60,891 nt of DNA from an uncultured Oligoflexia bacterium (lineage in GTDB: Bacteria; Bdellovibrionota; UBA1018; UBA923): assembly GCA_964649095.1 (NCBI GenBank), contig CAZYPH010000001.1:1-60891 (forward strand), given 5' to 3'. A program made the position numbers and the translations under genes. Shown piece after piece: positions 37,966-47,632 of the stretch. A model generated the notes under the pieces. It worked only from the letters and a program-made list of their open reading frames with translations, made no database searches and was not told the DNA's origin. Each line of letters starts with the position of its first letter. Positions within the stretch are counted from its first letter, which is position 1.

Positions 37966-38405
37966 ATACGATTCGAGTAGCTATTGCCGTTTGTCGTTTT
38001 AATCCAGAAATCACTTCGGGCTTATTAAAAGGAGCGCGACAAGTGCTACGTGAGCACAACATAGCCGACGACGCGATAGAGACCGTTGATATTCCAGGAG
38101 CCTTCGAAGCCCCACTAGCTGCAAAATTATTAGCAGAATCAAAAAAATATGACGGCGTAATTTGTTTAGGTGCCGTAATTAAAGGCGACACCGCGCACTT
38201 CGAATTTATTAGTCTTGGCGCGACCATAGGCCTTCAGCAGGCTATGCTCATGACAAATATACCTATCGCCATGGGCATCATCACAACGTATACCGATGAA
38301 CAAGCAACCGCACGTTCGTTAGACAACCCTCATAACAAGGGGCGAGAGGCCGCTCTGGCGTGTTTGGAGATGATTGCTTTTCGAAAAAATAATCCGGTTT
38401 TCTAG
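37962..38405 (+). CDS. ribH: 6,7-dimethyl-8-ribityllumazine synthase
   Basis: 147 aa with VDIPGAFEAPLAA and VICLGAVIKGDTAHFE. ATGA overlap with ribBA. Confidence 0.9.
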   Translation: MNTIRVAIAVCRFNPEITSGLLKGARQVLREHNIADDAIETVDIPGAFEAPLAAKLLAESKKYDGVICLGAVIKGDTAHFEFISLGATIGLQQAMLMTNIPIAMGIITTYTDEQATARSLDNPHNKGREAALACLEMIAFRKNNPVF

Positions 38406-38627
38406 ACAACGCACCATACCATTACAAGTTGAATTTGAGTTGATATCTCTGAGTTTTGCGTAGTTAAAAATTTATTGTTTGTGCTGTGTTCTGGGTACAG
38501 GGAACATTTTGTTTCGTGTACTAGATCGATACAGTCGTTTGTGAACAACACTGAAGTTGTTTAGAAACGAACTGAGCCGAGCTCTAATTAGAATGCGTGC
38601 AAGCAATAACATCAGGGAGGATTTCAA

Positions 38628-40175
38628 TTGCTAAACTCATCGTCAAAACGTTGGTTAATAGCTGGCGTTGTTGCTCTCGTCGTTCATGTCTCATCGCACT
38701 CTGCACTATGGGCCTCTGCCAAACTTGATCCGGGGCTTCGTCCGTTTTTAGACCAGTCAGCGTCGGGCCGTACTGGCATTATTAACCAACCATCACGCTT
38801 AGATGTTTTGGTCGTATTTCATTATGATAACCAGACGGCAGAAAACAGCACAGCACGCCGCTATGACGCGCGTTCCGTTTCGGAATACCTGAAACAACAA
38901 CTATCGGTTTCACTATTAAAGCTCCGCCAAGCAGCCCCGAACGACATCGTAGTAAAAAATACCTATTTTATTAACAACTCTGCGACGATCAATGTTTCAC
39001 CTGAATCCCTACGTTTGTTACTGAACGTAGATGTCGTAAAAAAAATATATAAAATTCGTAATGTATTAATTGATGAATTGCCACCATCTGAACCGCAAAC
39101 ACAAAGCACCTACAATTATGGTGAAACAAAGCTCGATAAATTGATTGAAGAGATGCCTCAAATTGATGGTACAGGTGTTCTAATTGGCCACATCGACACC
39201 GGACTCGACGGCCGGCACGCTTCGATTAGAACTAAAATTCAGGCCTTTTTTCACAACGTAAAAAAGCAATTAGACACACCAAAAGATGATGGCACCCATG
39301 GTTCTCACACCGCAGGCACTATCGTTGGTGGCGATCGTAAGACCGATTTTATCGGTGTGGCTCCGGGAGCAAAACTACTCTCCTCAGGCCCCCTTTCCGG
39401 TTACGACAACATGTTGGCTAGTATGGAGTTTATGTTAGATCCGGATAATGCTCCCGCTACCAAAGACTTGCCACGTGCTGTGAGCAATTCATTGCACTGT
39501 GGTGGCGCCCCGGACATTGAACTGTTTTACCGTGCTATTAGCGCGTGGGAAGCTGCAGGAATTCTACCCGTTTTCTCGGCCGGCAACGCAGGCCCTCGAC
39601 CTGCAAGCATTACCCCGCCGCATGAACACCCTGCAACACTGGCTGTGGGCGCTACCGGACAGGATGGTAAAGTCACCTCATTCTCAAGTAGAGGACCTGG
39701 ACGTTTTCATGATCAAAACACACGTAAGCCTGACATCACTGCTCCCGGTAAAGACATCGTATCATCTGTGCCAGGCGGTCGTTTTGCGGCCATGAGTGGA
39801 ACGTCTATGGCAGCACCACACGTGGCCGGAGCTGTGGCGCTCGTTCTACAGGCAAACCCAAGCCTAGACCCTCTGCAGATAAAACAGGTCTTAATTTCTT
39901 CATCTGTAGCGATTGATGCAAATGGCAAACCCAGAGAGTCTGGACGTGAGTGGAACGCAAATTATGGATATGGAAAACTAGATATTCTAGCCGCCGTTAA
40001 ACTGGCGGCACTAGTAGAGGCTCGACGCATTCGTCCCCGAATGTTTGGTTTTTTGGAGCAGTTGTTAAACCAACACGTCATCACGGCAGATCGTATTTTG
40101 ACGAACACCCGACGTGATGAAAACGTTGCCGTGTATTTGACGGCTTATCCTGAGGGCTTCGATAGCAACTGGTAA
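38628..40175 (+). CDS. secreted subtilisin-like (S8) serine protease
   Basis: Signal peptide, propeptide-like region, and the catalytic triad motifs GHIDTGLD, HGSHTAGTI and GTSMAAPHVAG. A strong SD (agggagga) precedes the TTG start. Confidence 0.85.
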   Translation: MLNSSSKRWLIAGVVALVVHVSSHSALWASAKLDPGLRPFLDQSASGRTGIINQPSRLDVLVVFHYDNQTAENSTARRYDARSVSEYLKQQLSVSLLKLRQAAPNDIVVKNTYFINNSATINVSPESLRLLLNVDVVKKIYKIRNVLIDELPPSEPQTQSTYNYGETKLDKLIEEMPQIDGTGVLIGHIDTGLDGRHASIRTKIQAFFHNVKKQLDTPKDDGTHGSHTAGTIVGGDRKTDFIGVAPGAKLLSSGPLSGYDNMLASMEFMLDPDNAPATKDLPRAVSNSLHCGGAPDIELFYRAISAWEAAGILPVFSAGNAGPRPASITPPHEHPATLAVGATGQDGKVTSFSSRGPGRFHDQNTRKPDITAPGKDIVSSVPGGRFAAMSGTSMAAPHVAGAVALVLQANPSLDPLQIKQVLISSSVAIDANGKPRESGREWNANYGYGKLDILAAVKLAALVEARRIRPRMFGFLEQLLNQHVITADRILTNTRRDENVAVYLTAYPEGFDSNW

Positions 40176-40207
40176 ATTCGGTTACTAGTGTAGTTCTTTT
40201 ATAAGAT

Positions 40208-40239
40208 GAGCATGAGAGTGCCTGTTTGCTCTCATGCTC
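40208..40239. terminator. hairpin between convergent genes (possible bidirectional terminator)
   Basis: Perfect 11-bp stem gagcatgagag / ctctcatgctc with a 10-nt loop; flanks are A/T-rich. Confidence 0.55.
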
Positions 40240-40248
40240 AAATCTCGT

Positions 40249-40926
40249 TTACTCGCGATTCGCTACTGTAGCGTCTTGGGGTTGGTCACTTAACATAAGT
40301 GACGTCTCTAGGCCCCCACGGCGCAGGGTATCTTGAGCGCTATCGTTTAAAGAAGTTAGCTCGGAATGATCCAACACAAGCGGTTCAATAACAGCATCTG
40401 TTGTATTCATAGCGCGCAATGCGGCAATGGCTTCGTCCGCCGAGCGTTGTGCTTCGGCGGCCAGACGTTCGGCGCTCGCTATTTCCATAGCGCGCGTGCG
40501 TGCATTCTGGACCATGACAGTATCGGTTGCACCAGAGTTGAATTCCGCAAACTGCGCCTGTTGTTCAGCCGCCTGTAAAGTCATGAAATGGTTCAGCCGG
40601 CGATATTGGCTAAGATGGCTATAAAAATTTGCAGCGTCACGTCGGCATTGATTGAGTACACGCTGAGCCTCGGCAAGGTCTTGAATACGCCCCGGCAGCA
40701 TACGATCGTGTAGAATACGATGCTCATGATTTGCGACAGCGTTAATGATCTGCGCTTCTTCTGCTGAATCACTACACATCTGATTTACAAACTCTTCTGA
40801 CGACACCGATGGGTTCGCTAAAACCGATCGGACACTTAACATTCCGACAAATGTCACAAATATAGTAATAGCTAGATATTGAATTTTTTGGTTTGTAGTA
40901 CTTCTTAAATACATATTCTTTTTCAT
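40249..40926 (-). CDS. secreted or anchored alpha-helical protein, unknown function
   Basis: ATG at 40926 is preceded by TAGGAG 7 nt upstream. N-terminus MKKNMYLRSTTNQKIQYLAITIFVTFVGMLSVRSVLA, followed by Ala/Gln/Glu-rich helical sequence. Confidence 0.6.
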   Translation of the reverse strand: MKKNMYLRSTTNQKIQYLAITIFVTFVGMLSVRSVLANPSVSSEEFVNQMCSDSAEEAQIINAVANHEHRILHDRMLPGRIQDLAEAQRVLNQCRRDAANFYSHLSQYRRLNHFMTLQAAEQQAQFAEFNSGATDTVMVQNARTRAMEIASAERLAAEAQRSADEAIAALRAMNTTDAVIEPLVLDHSELTSLNDSAQDTLRRGGLETSLMLSDQPQDATVANRE

Positions 40927-41214
40927 ATATAAACTCCTAAAAATGTTGGCCTCAGTATAGACAGTCTGATCACGCTGCATTTACTAAGTTGATCGACAGA
41001 CAAAGCAATCTACATGCCAACGCGGCCAGGTTTTGAGCAAATGTCGAGCAACATAACATGTGTCGCAACCCCTACAGCGCTAAAAGCCAGACGTTTTAAG
41101 TTAATTTATTTATAAATATTAATAATTTACAGACTATGGCTATGTAGAAATATTCAACAGTGCGGCGGCACAACCAGTGCACTATTTAGACTTAAGAAAG
41201 TTGGGGAATGGATT

Positions 41215-41580
41215 ATGAGTGGTGTCAATACGACTAGGAGCACAATGACTCTATTACGAGGAATTCAACTAACTGGTGTCATTTGTGCTGCAATTTCATT
41301 AGTGCTTACACTGTATTTTGTGGCTGTAGTCTATAACAAGACACCCAAAACAGACGCAAACCACACTAGCTACAATATTATGGAGACTAAACAGCAGCTG
41401 CAAGCCGCTTCAAAGACTATCTTTACGTTTGATCAGAATCATAAAAACTATTTATCCGGCGCAAAACTTAGAGCACTCTCGCTGAGTCTGGCCTTCTACA
41501 ACTACCAGGGTGCTAAAAAAATAATCGAAGAATTAAATAGCCAAATTAAGTTCTATCACACACGTACAGCCCAGTTTTAA
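41215..41580 (+). CDS. small single-pass membrane protein, unknown function
   Basis: 121 aa with one TM helix (LTGVICAAISLVLTLYFVAVVY). Its stop abuts the stop of the convergent E1-beta gene with a zero-nt gap. Confidence 0.45.
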   Translation: MSGVNTTRSTMTLLRGIQLTGVICAAISLVLTLYFVAVVYNKTPKTDANHTSYNIMETKQQLQAASKTIFTFDQNHKNYLSGAKLRALSLSLAFYNYQGAKKIIEELNSQIKFYHTRTAQF

Positions 41581-42636
41581 TCAGCACTTTTCTTGTGCAA
41601 GTGTATATATAGCTTCTTGTATATTTTTTAGTTGCGGCACCGATGCTTGTTCTAACGCGTCAGCGAGGCCGATGCCTGGCACATGTTTACCTGCTAATAG
41701 TTTTGGCGCGGCATGCAATTCATAAAACAGTTCTTCGACAGTGCGGCGGAACAAGTGTTCACCAAAATTAGTAACTTCTGTGTCTTCATTTACAAAAAGT
41801 ACTTTCTTAGTACGACGAATACTCTCTGAAATTAAATCCCAATCATACGGCCACAGACTACGTAGATCGATAACCTCAGCACTAATGCCTTCAGCGTGCA
41901 ACGCCTTTGCGGCCTCTACACAAAGTGGCAAGGTGCGTCCGTAACTAACTACCGTGAGATCGCGCCCAGGTAGTGTTATGGCCCCTTTGCCAATCTCCAC
42001 TTCGTACTCTTGCATTTCAGGCCAACGAGGGCGCCACTTAGAACGATCACCCAGGGGGGCATCGATCATTTCTTTCAGTTGTTTTTCGTCAGAGGGTTCG
42101 CCTGGTAATAGTTGTTCTCCCCGCACGCGCAGCAATGCTTTAGGCTTCATGTACATCACAGGCGATTTTTGCTTCAATGCAGCAATCATCAAACCATAGG
42201 CGTCGAGTGGGTTCGACGGCATGACAATTTTCCAGCCAGGAATATGCGTCATCATCGCATCAAACGAATGCGAGTGGTAAACAGAGCCGCGAATGCCACT
42301 TCCAACAGGCGTCATCACAACCAGCGACATCGGCCAATCACCGTTGGTGCACCACGTTGTGTTACCAGCGATTTTTAACAAATCGATCGTGTTAAATACG
42401 TAATCACAAAACTGAATCTCAGCGACAGGTTTTGCACCCCCCATGGCAAGCCCCATGGCGAAGCCGATGATGCCGCGTTCATCTAATGGAGAATTCCACG
42501 CCGTTTTAAGACCCTGAGTTCCTGTAAATACGCCACCAAGAGGCGGACCTACGTCTTCACCAAAAATATCGGTGACGCCCAAATGTTTTTCACCGTAATG
42601 TAGTGCCAGTCGAATCGCCTGAATCATTGTTGCCAT
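41581..42636 (-). CDS. 2-oxoacid (pyruvate/branched-chain/acetoin type) dehydrogenase E1 component, beta subunit
   Basis: Transketolase-like pyrimidine-binding and C-terminal domains (FGEDVG..GGVF, ERGIIGFAMGLAMGG), adjacent to the alpha subunit. Confidence 0.85.
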   Translation of the reverse strand: MATMIQAIRLALHYGEKHLGVTDIFGEDVGPPLGGVFTGTQGLKTAWNSPLDERGIIGFAMGLAMGGAKPVAEIQFCDYVFNTIDLLKIAGNTTWCTNGDWPMSLVVMTPVGSGIRGSVYHSHSFDAMMTHIPGWKIVMPSNPLDAYGLMIAALKQKSPVMYMKPKALLRVRGEQLLPGEPSDEKQLKEMIDAPLGDRSKWRPRWPEMQEYEVEIGKGAITLPGRDLTVVSYGRTLPLCVEAAKALHAEGISAEVIDLRSLWPYDWDLISESIRRTKKVLFVNEDTEVTNFGEHLFRRTVEELFYELHAAPKLLAGKHVPGIGLADALEQASVPQLKNIQEAIYTLAQEKC

Positions 42637-42650
42637 TTTATTTTACTCCA

Positions 42651-43706
42651 CTACCGGTTTGGAAATGCCTGTGGGCCTTCGCCATAAAACACATGTTCAA
42701 AAATAGAATCCCCAGAGGGCTGGGGCTCTTCGCGCACTTTGCGATACAGCGCTAACATTTCTTCGTTGTAGCGCTCCCACAATGTCGCAATATTTTTTTC
42801 TGTTAATACGCCCAGTTTTAATAATTTCTTTTCGAATAATTTTATTGGATCGGCTTCTTGTGTATTTAAGTTGGCGCCACTAGCCGAAGAGTGGCCGTAC
42901 AAGCGCGAAACAAAGGCTTCTAACAAAAGTGGTTTACGCTCTTTACGCACGTAAGCGATACACTCTTCAAGCCCAAGATAAATCTCTTCAACATCATTAC
43001 CATCTAAGACGCGGGTCTTTATGTTGAAAGCCTTACCACGATCGGCAATATAGGTTTCGCCATGCTGCGATTCGGCGGGTGTTGAAATACCCCACTTATT
43101 GTTGGTAACGACCAATAAAATCGGCAAGGGCTCAACGGGGCGCGAACTCCAAATTAGACTAGATGCAAAGTCTCCCTCGGCCGTACCAGCATCACCACCA
43201 GTCACCACAGTAATCGCACTCTTTGATGCGCGTTTATTGGCAAGTGCTGTACCCGGAGCCATCACATACTGCACTTCAATGGGTGAGGTAATCGGGCACA
43301 CGTTCCACTTATAAATACTCGCATGCCCACAAAAATTTCGACCTCCACTATACGGGTCGGTCGCCGTGTTTTTCATCTGACGAAGGGCGTCAATCGGCTC
43401 AGCCCCCATCGCAACCAACACACCCAAACTGCGATAGTGCCCATGAAAATAATCAAACTTTGGGCCCTGGCCTTTATGCAACTGCAAACCTAACGAGACA
43501 TTAAAGGCCTCTTCACCGGGGCCACCAATCCAAAAAAATCCGTCATTCTGTTTGTACATCTTTATAAGACGCTCTTCGAGCACCCGCGTCTTCACCATTA
43601 GGTCATAGATTTCGAGCGCACGTTTTTCAGAGATACGCAGCTTAGATTTACGAGTTTTTGGTTTTGGCATGCTTGTGACTTTACTGAGATCACATTGGTA
43701 AGTCAC
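42651..43706 (-). CDS. 2-oxoacid dehydrogenase E1 component, alpha subunit (TPP-binding)
   Basis: TPP motif TGGDAGTAEGDF...LLVVTNNKWGIS. Start is GTG 43706 or ATG 43670. Confidence 0.85.
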   Translation of the reverse strand: MTYQCDLSKVTSMPKPKTRKSKLRISEKRALEIYDLMVKTRVLEERLIKMYKQNDGFFWIGGPGEEAFNVSLGLQLHKGQGPKFDYFHGHYRSLGVLVAMGAEPIDALRQMKNTATDPYSGGRNFCGHASIYKWNVCPITSPIEVQYVMAPGTALANKRASKSAITVVTGGDAGTAEGDFASSLIWSSRPVEPLPILLVVTNNKWGISTPAESQHGETYIADRGKAFNIKTRVLDGNDVEEIYLGLEECIAYVRKERKPLLLEAFVSRLYGHSSASGANLNTQEADPIKLFEKKLLKLGVLTEKNIATLWERYNEEMLALYRKVREEPQPSGDSIFEHVFYGEGPQAFPNR

Positions 43707-43750
43707 TTGGGTTTTTTTGACGATGTCTAACGCTGCCGCGGTAAATTCGC

Positions 43751-44563
43751 TTATCGCATCATCCGCTCAATCGTGCCGTGCAACTGAACACCTGTGTAGA
43801 TTGCCGCGGCTGGTAACCCCAACTCGGTGCGTTGCGGATTGTGATCAAACCCTCCGTAAAAACGTACATAGAGTGGTTGCCCCACCGAAGCACGAGGTGG
43901 AATACGCACGGATATAAAACCAACTAACGCTTCTTCGAAGCCCGTCATCGGGGCATAACTATCTAAATCAAAGCGCACACGGGCTTGAATACCGAACATC
44001 ATATAGTGTCGGAACAGCGTCGTGACAGCCTGAAAATCGGCCTGGGCTGCGGCGTATACGGATTCTTGATTGTTTTCGTAACTACGAAAACCCGCATCAA
44101 AACTAGGTTGAACAAAGACGCGACCATCTCGGGTGATACGAAAGGGAAGACGAAAGTGGATGACTTGCCCCCCGAAAGCAACACCGCGGTCACGATTTCT
44201 TTCTAGTCGAATAAAGTCAGCACGCATGCCACGTGCTAAATGCACCTGAACGGCAGTTGATTCGAGTCGCCTGGTGCCGCTCATAATGCCGAAAGATCCT
44301 TGTGACACAAAAAAGTCATAACGCGCACGATAGTCGCTTAATCGCAGAGGGGTTAAGCCTAATTGCAAACGCAGATCGCTTGTCCATTCGGGAATACCGG
44401 GCAACGGTGCCGCGCTTCCAATAGGGTTCACCAACTGTAAACCGACATGAAAGGCACCGACATCGCGTACTGCGAGACTTAACTCCTGAGCCTCGGCAGA
44501 ATTTTGACCTAGGTATAATATGTTAAAAATTATATATATAAAAAACAAACACACACGCATCAT
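43751..44563 (-). CDS. secreted beta-rich (outer-membrane-type) protein, unknown function
   Basis: Signal peptide MMRVCLFFIYIIFNILYLGQNSAEA and Arg/Phe/Gly-rich alternating pattern. ATGA overlap with the upstream gene. Confidence 0.6.
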   Translation of the reverse strand: MMRVCLFFIYIIFNILYLGQNSAEAQELSLAVRDVGAFHVGLQLVNPIGSAAPLPGIPEWTSDLRLQLGLTPLRLSDYRARYDFFVSQGSFGIMSGTRRLESTAVQVHLARGMRADFIRLERNRDRGVAFGGQVIHFRLPFRITRDGRVFVQPSFDAGFRSYENNQESVYAAAQADFQAVTTLFRHYMMFGIQARVRFDLDSYAPMTGFEEALVGFISVRIPPRASVGQPLYVRFYGGFDHNPQRTELGLPAAAIYTGVQLHGTIERMMR

Positions 44564-45894
44564 AGTGTGCGGACATTAACAAAAAATAAGGGCTGATTTT
44601 TTCGCCGAGCAATCTTTTCATGATCTAAAAAACCGGCTGGCATAATCAAAGCGTGTTTAGCTGCCACTGCACATTCACCGGTGATACTGCAGCCATCCAT
44701 GTGCAAGTTAAACGGCCCAGCTGAATTACTCGAAGCGGCAGGCCCCTTCGCGACCAGTTTCGCCAGCGGCAAACGCACGACCTGAAAATCACGTGGCAAG
44801 GTTAACCACGACCGAAGATCAGCCTGATCTAAAGCATACGTGCCCACGCGAAACAATAGCCCCGCTAAAGGCGAGACCTTATCGTCTACTTGATGGGCCA
44901 CCACTTCTTTAGCCACCACACCCGCAAGACGCTTTGCTAAGACCCCCGCAAATTTATCGTCTAAATTTTTTATGGCCGTCGCTTCAATATTAAATAACAA
45001 GGTCGATTGCCCCGAGACTAAAACGTCTTCCGTGTTTTCCGTCGACGTTAGCCGCACCCGAAACTCATGAAATCGATTGGGGCGCGGCACATACTGCGGA
45101 ATCGCCTGCCACTGAGGATGCGTCTGCTTGACGGGCGAATAACCATTTTCAATTAAGACAGCCACTTCTGGCTGGCCGAGACTAAGCTCAATGCTCTTTC
45201 GTTCAGCAGAATTTAACCGAAACGTCTCAGCCCATCTTTGTTTGTCCTCACTAATACGATTGGCATGGGCCATACGGTAGAGATCAAACTTTAAACTCTC
45301 GACTTCAGGCATCAATCGATACACTTGCTGGTAGTCGATATACGCGTGGTCATACTCACGATTTAATTCATATATTAAACCTGATATATACCAAGCCATC
45401 GGATTTAATTGGTAGGGTCGCTTACCCTCTGAAATCATGCGCTGCAACTTGTGATTAACGCGACGGCATTCGACTAATGCATCTTCCAGGCGGCCCAATA
45501 ACAAATAATTCAACGCTAGATACTGCGATATCAGCGCGTTCTCAAAATCTTCGCCTTTATAATCGACTATGCGCTCACTAGAAAATAAGGTTACGGCTTC
45601 TAAAGACAACGACGTGTAGTCTTTGATTTCGGCTAACTTATCAGCCAAATGAAAGTCTTTATTACTTTCTTCATACTGCCCCGCGTGGTGCAAGGCTGTG
45701 GCACGATCTAACAGATATAGGAGTTGGTCGGTGCCTTCTCTGTGCGCATCAACTTCTAAAAGCTGGGCCGCTTCGGAATAGCGGCCCGAATAGAATTCGT
45801 CACGAGCACGTCGAGTTTGATCGACGTAGTCGGCACAACCTGTCGCGGTAAGCAGAAAAATAACGAAGAAAAGGCCTTGAATTCGACTCATCAC
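44560..45894 (-). CDS. lipoprotein with TPR-like helical N-terminal half, unknown function
   Basis: Lipobox FLLTATGC. 444 aa. It starts 9 nt after the LpoB-like gene. Confidence 0.6.
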   Translation of the reverse strand: MMSRIQGLFFVIFLLTATGCADYVDQTRRARDEFYSGRYSEAAQLLEVDAHREGTDQLLYLLDRATALHHAGQYEESNKDFHLADKLAEIKDYTSLSLEAVTLFSSERIVDYKGEDFENALISQYLALNYLLLGRLEDALVECRRVNHKLQRMISEGKRPYQLNPMAWYISGLIYELNREYDHAYIDYQQVYRLMPEVESLKFDLYRMAHANRISEDKQRWAETFRLNSAERKSIELSLGQPEVAVLIENGYSPVKQTHPQWQAIPQYVPRPNRFHEFRVRLTSTENTEDVLVSGQSTLLFNIEATAIKNLDDKFAGVLAKRLAGVVAKEVVAHQVDDKVSPLAGLLFRVGTYALDQADLRSWLTLPRDFQVVRLPLAKLVAKGPAASSNSAGPFNLHMDGCSITGECAVAAKHALIMPAGFLDHEKIARRKNQPLFFVNVRTL

Positions 45895-45903
45895 TCACAA
45901 TAG

Positions 45904-46533
45904 CTACAGGCCAATCGTGCGTTTTTTGTATTTTTTTCGAACTTGCTTTTCTTCGACGCAATCGATTGTTGTGGTCTCTAAGTTCGTCAGGTTCATCGTC
46001 AGTTTGTAGTAAATAAACTTGTCGTTGCCCATTTCTTGAATATTCGTCGCTAGGGCCCCCGAAAGAATATAATCAGCCCCAATTTGTTTCCCTTTTGCTT
46101 TGGCGGTGTGACCGGCTACGGCACCACTTTGGTGATAATCGTATTCTTCATCGACGGTCGCACGTTCTTGTTTATTAATAAAACGTACACGACCTGTTTT
46201 AATGAGCGCTGTACGAATCATGTCAGTCATAGAAACCGTATCAATGTGCTCTTGAGTACGATTCTGCACTTTTTCAACAATCACAACCGGTGGTTTTTCA
46301 GCTTTTGCAATGTAAGCACACGAAGCCATGGCTTTGATTACGGTATCGGCCATTTGCTGCATATCAGATTCATTAAATTTATCGTCCAGGAGCTCAACAC
46401 GAGTGGGATCATCATACTCCCCCTTAGTAAAGGCCTTAGGTCCACCACAACCAGACATGACCTGCACGACACACAACAGCAATAAGCCCGCAATAGGCCG
46501 AGAAGCCGATAGTTTCTTTCTGTAACTCTGCAT
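45904..46533 (-). CDS. LpoB-like (COG3417-type) lipoprotein
   Basis: Lipobox VQVMSGCGG. The pattern VVIVEKVQNRTQEHID...IRTALIKTGRVRFI...IGADYILSGAL...YYKLTMNLTNLET parallels the E. coli LpoB C-domain pattern (V.NRT...LR.AL...F..V...GA.YVL.G...L.L.L...GE) as I recall it. Confidence 0.6.
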   Translation of the reverse strand: MQSYRKKLSASRPIAGLLLLCVVQVMSGCGGPKAFTKGEYDDPTRVELLDDKFNESDMQQMADTVIKAMASCAYIAKAEKPPVVIVEKVQNRTQEHIDTVSMTDMIRTALIKTGRVRFINKQERATVDEEYDYHQSGAVAGHTAKAKGKQIGADYILSGALATNIQEMGNDKFIYYKLTMNLTNLETTTIDCVEEKQVRKKYKKRTIGL

Positions 46534-46753
46534 GCGATTCCTCTTTTATATATCAAAAATAATATATATTAATTTTTTCTATAAATTTAGATAACAAATA
46601 ACGACGCAGTTATTCACCTGATCGTTTTCTTCTTCTATTTTGATCGAATTCACCTGGATGACAATATATATTCAATTTCTAACGCTCTGCCCTGAATAAA
46701 AATCGCTCATAATATTTTACACTTTATCGCGCACACGAGATGCTCTTGCCAAT

Positions 46754-47632
46754 ATGGTTTCGACAACACCACTAGATCAATGGGCCGAACGTTACCTCGA
46801 TAACCGCTCTCTTAACGCTGAGAACAAAAAACCACTCGCGAGAGTACTTTTTTTCTCAGGCAAAGGGGGCGTAGGCCGCACTACACTGGCTACAAAGATG
46901 GCTCAACAATTAGCCCAACAGGGAAGACGGACGTTACTCGTACACGTACTAACCCATGAACAGCTGCGCGGCGAACCGCAGGCAATTGAAAAGAAACGCC
47001 CGAATTTATGGGCCATACGACTGCGATCACAAGAATGTTTTGAAGAGTACATTGCACTCAAATTAAAACTAAAGGCCTTATATAGCGTGTTTCTAGGTAG
47101 CCGCTTTACGCGTTACATTGAACGCGCAGCGCCAGGCGTACGTGAAATGGTGCTACTCGGCAAACTTTGGTACGAACGTAGTTTCTATGACCATGTCGTG
47201 GTTGATCTACCGAGCACCGGGTACAGCGTGACCATGTTTCGTACGATGTTCAACTTTCGACAGTTGTTTCCCGGGGGGCCCATCGCAAAAGATGCGGCAG
47301 AGATGATAGAAAGTTTTTCCAATCCTCACGAAGCCAAGTTTTTTATTGTCTCACTACCAGAAGAAATGCCAGAGCAAGAGAGCCTAGAACTGGGAGACAT
47401 TATGGCAGCGCTATTTCCAGAAAATTCATGCGAATTAGTTTTTAATCGCTGTTTACCGCCTCTCAGCGATGGTGCTTGGCAAAGCAAATACCCTAAACTC
47501 TTTCAATATTTTTTTCATCGTTATGCCGCCCAACAACGTGTGTTAGCCGAGTGCCTGAAACGACCAACACCAAACTTGATCATTAGCCCCCTCCATATTG
47601 ATGAACTAGAAGCAGGAGTTTCAGTCATATGA
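46754..47632 (+). CDS. ArsA/Get3-family P-loop ATPase (partner 1)
   Basis: Deviant Walker A VLFFSGKGGVGRTTLA. 292 aa. Its stop overlaps the next start (ATGA at 47629). Confidence 0.7.
   Translation: MVSTTPLDQWAERYLDNRSLNAENKKPLARVLFFSGKGGVGRTTLATKMAQQLAQQGRRTLLVHVLTHEQLRGEPQAIEKKRPNLWAIRLRSQECFEEYIALKLKLKALYSVFLGSRFTRYIERAAPGVREMVLLGKLWYERSFYDHVVVDLPSTGYSVTMFRTMFNFRQLFPGGPIAKDAAEMIESFSNPHEAKFFIVSLPEEMPEQESLELGDIMAALFPENSCELVFNRCLPPLSDGAWQSKYPKLFQYFFHRYAAQQRVLAECLKRPTPNLIISPLHIDELEAGVSVI

Noticed and set aside
41581-43706. E1 alpha/beta genes lacking adjacent E2/E3 as a possible 'orphan' system
   Set aside because: E2 and E3 genes are frequently located elsewhere in the genome. The E1 sequences look entirely conventional (TPP motif, transketolase-like beta subunit).
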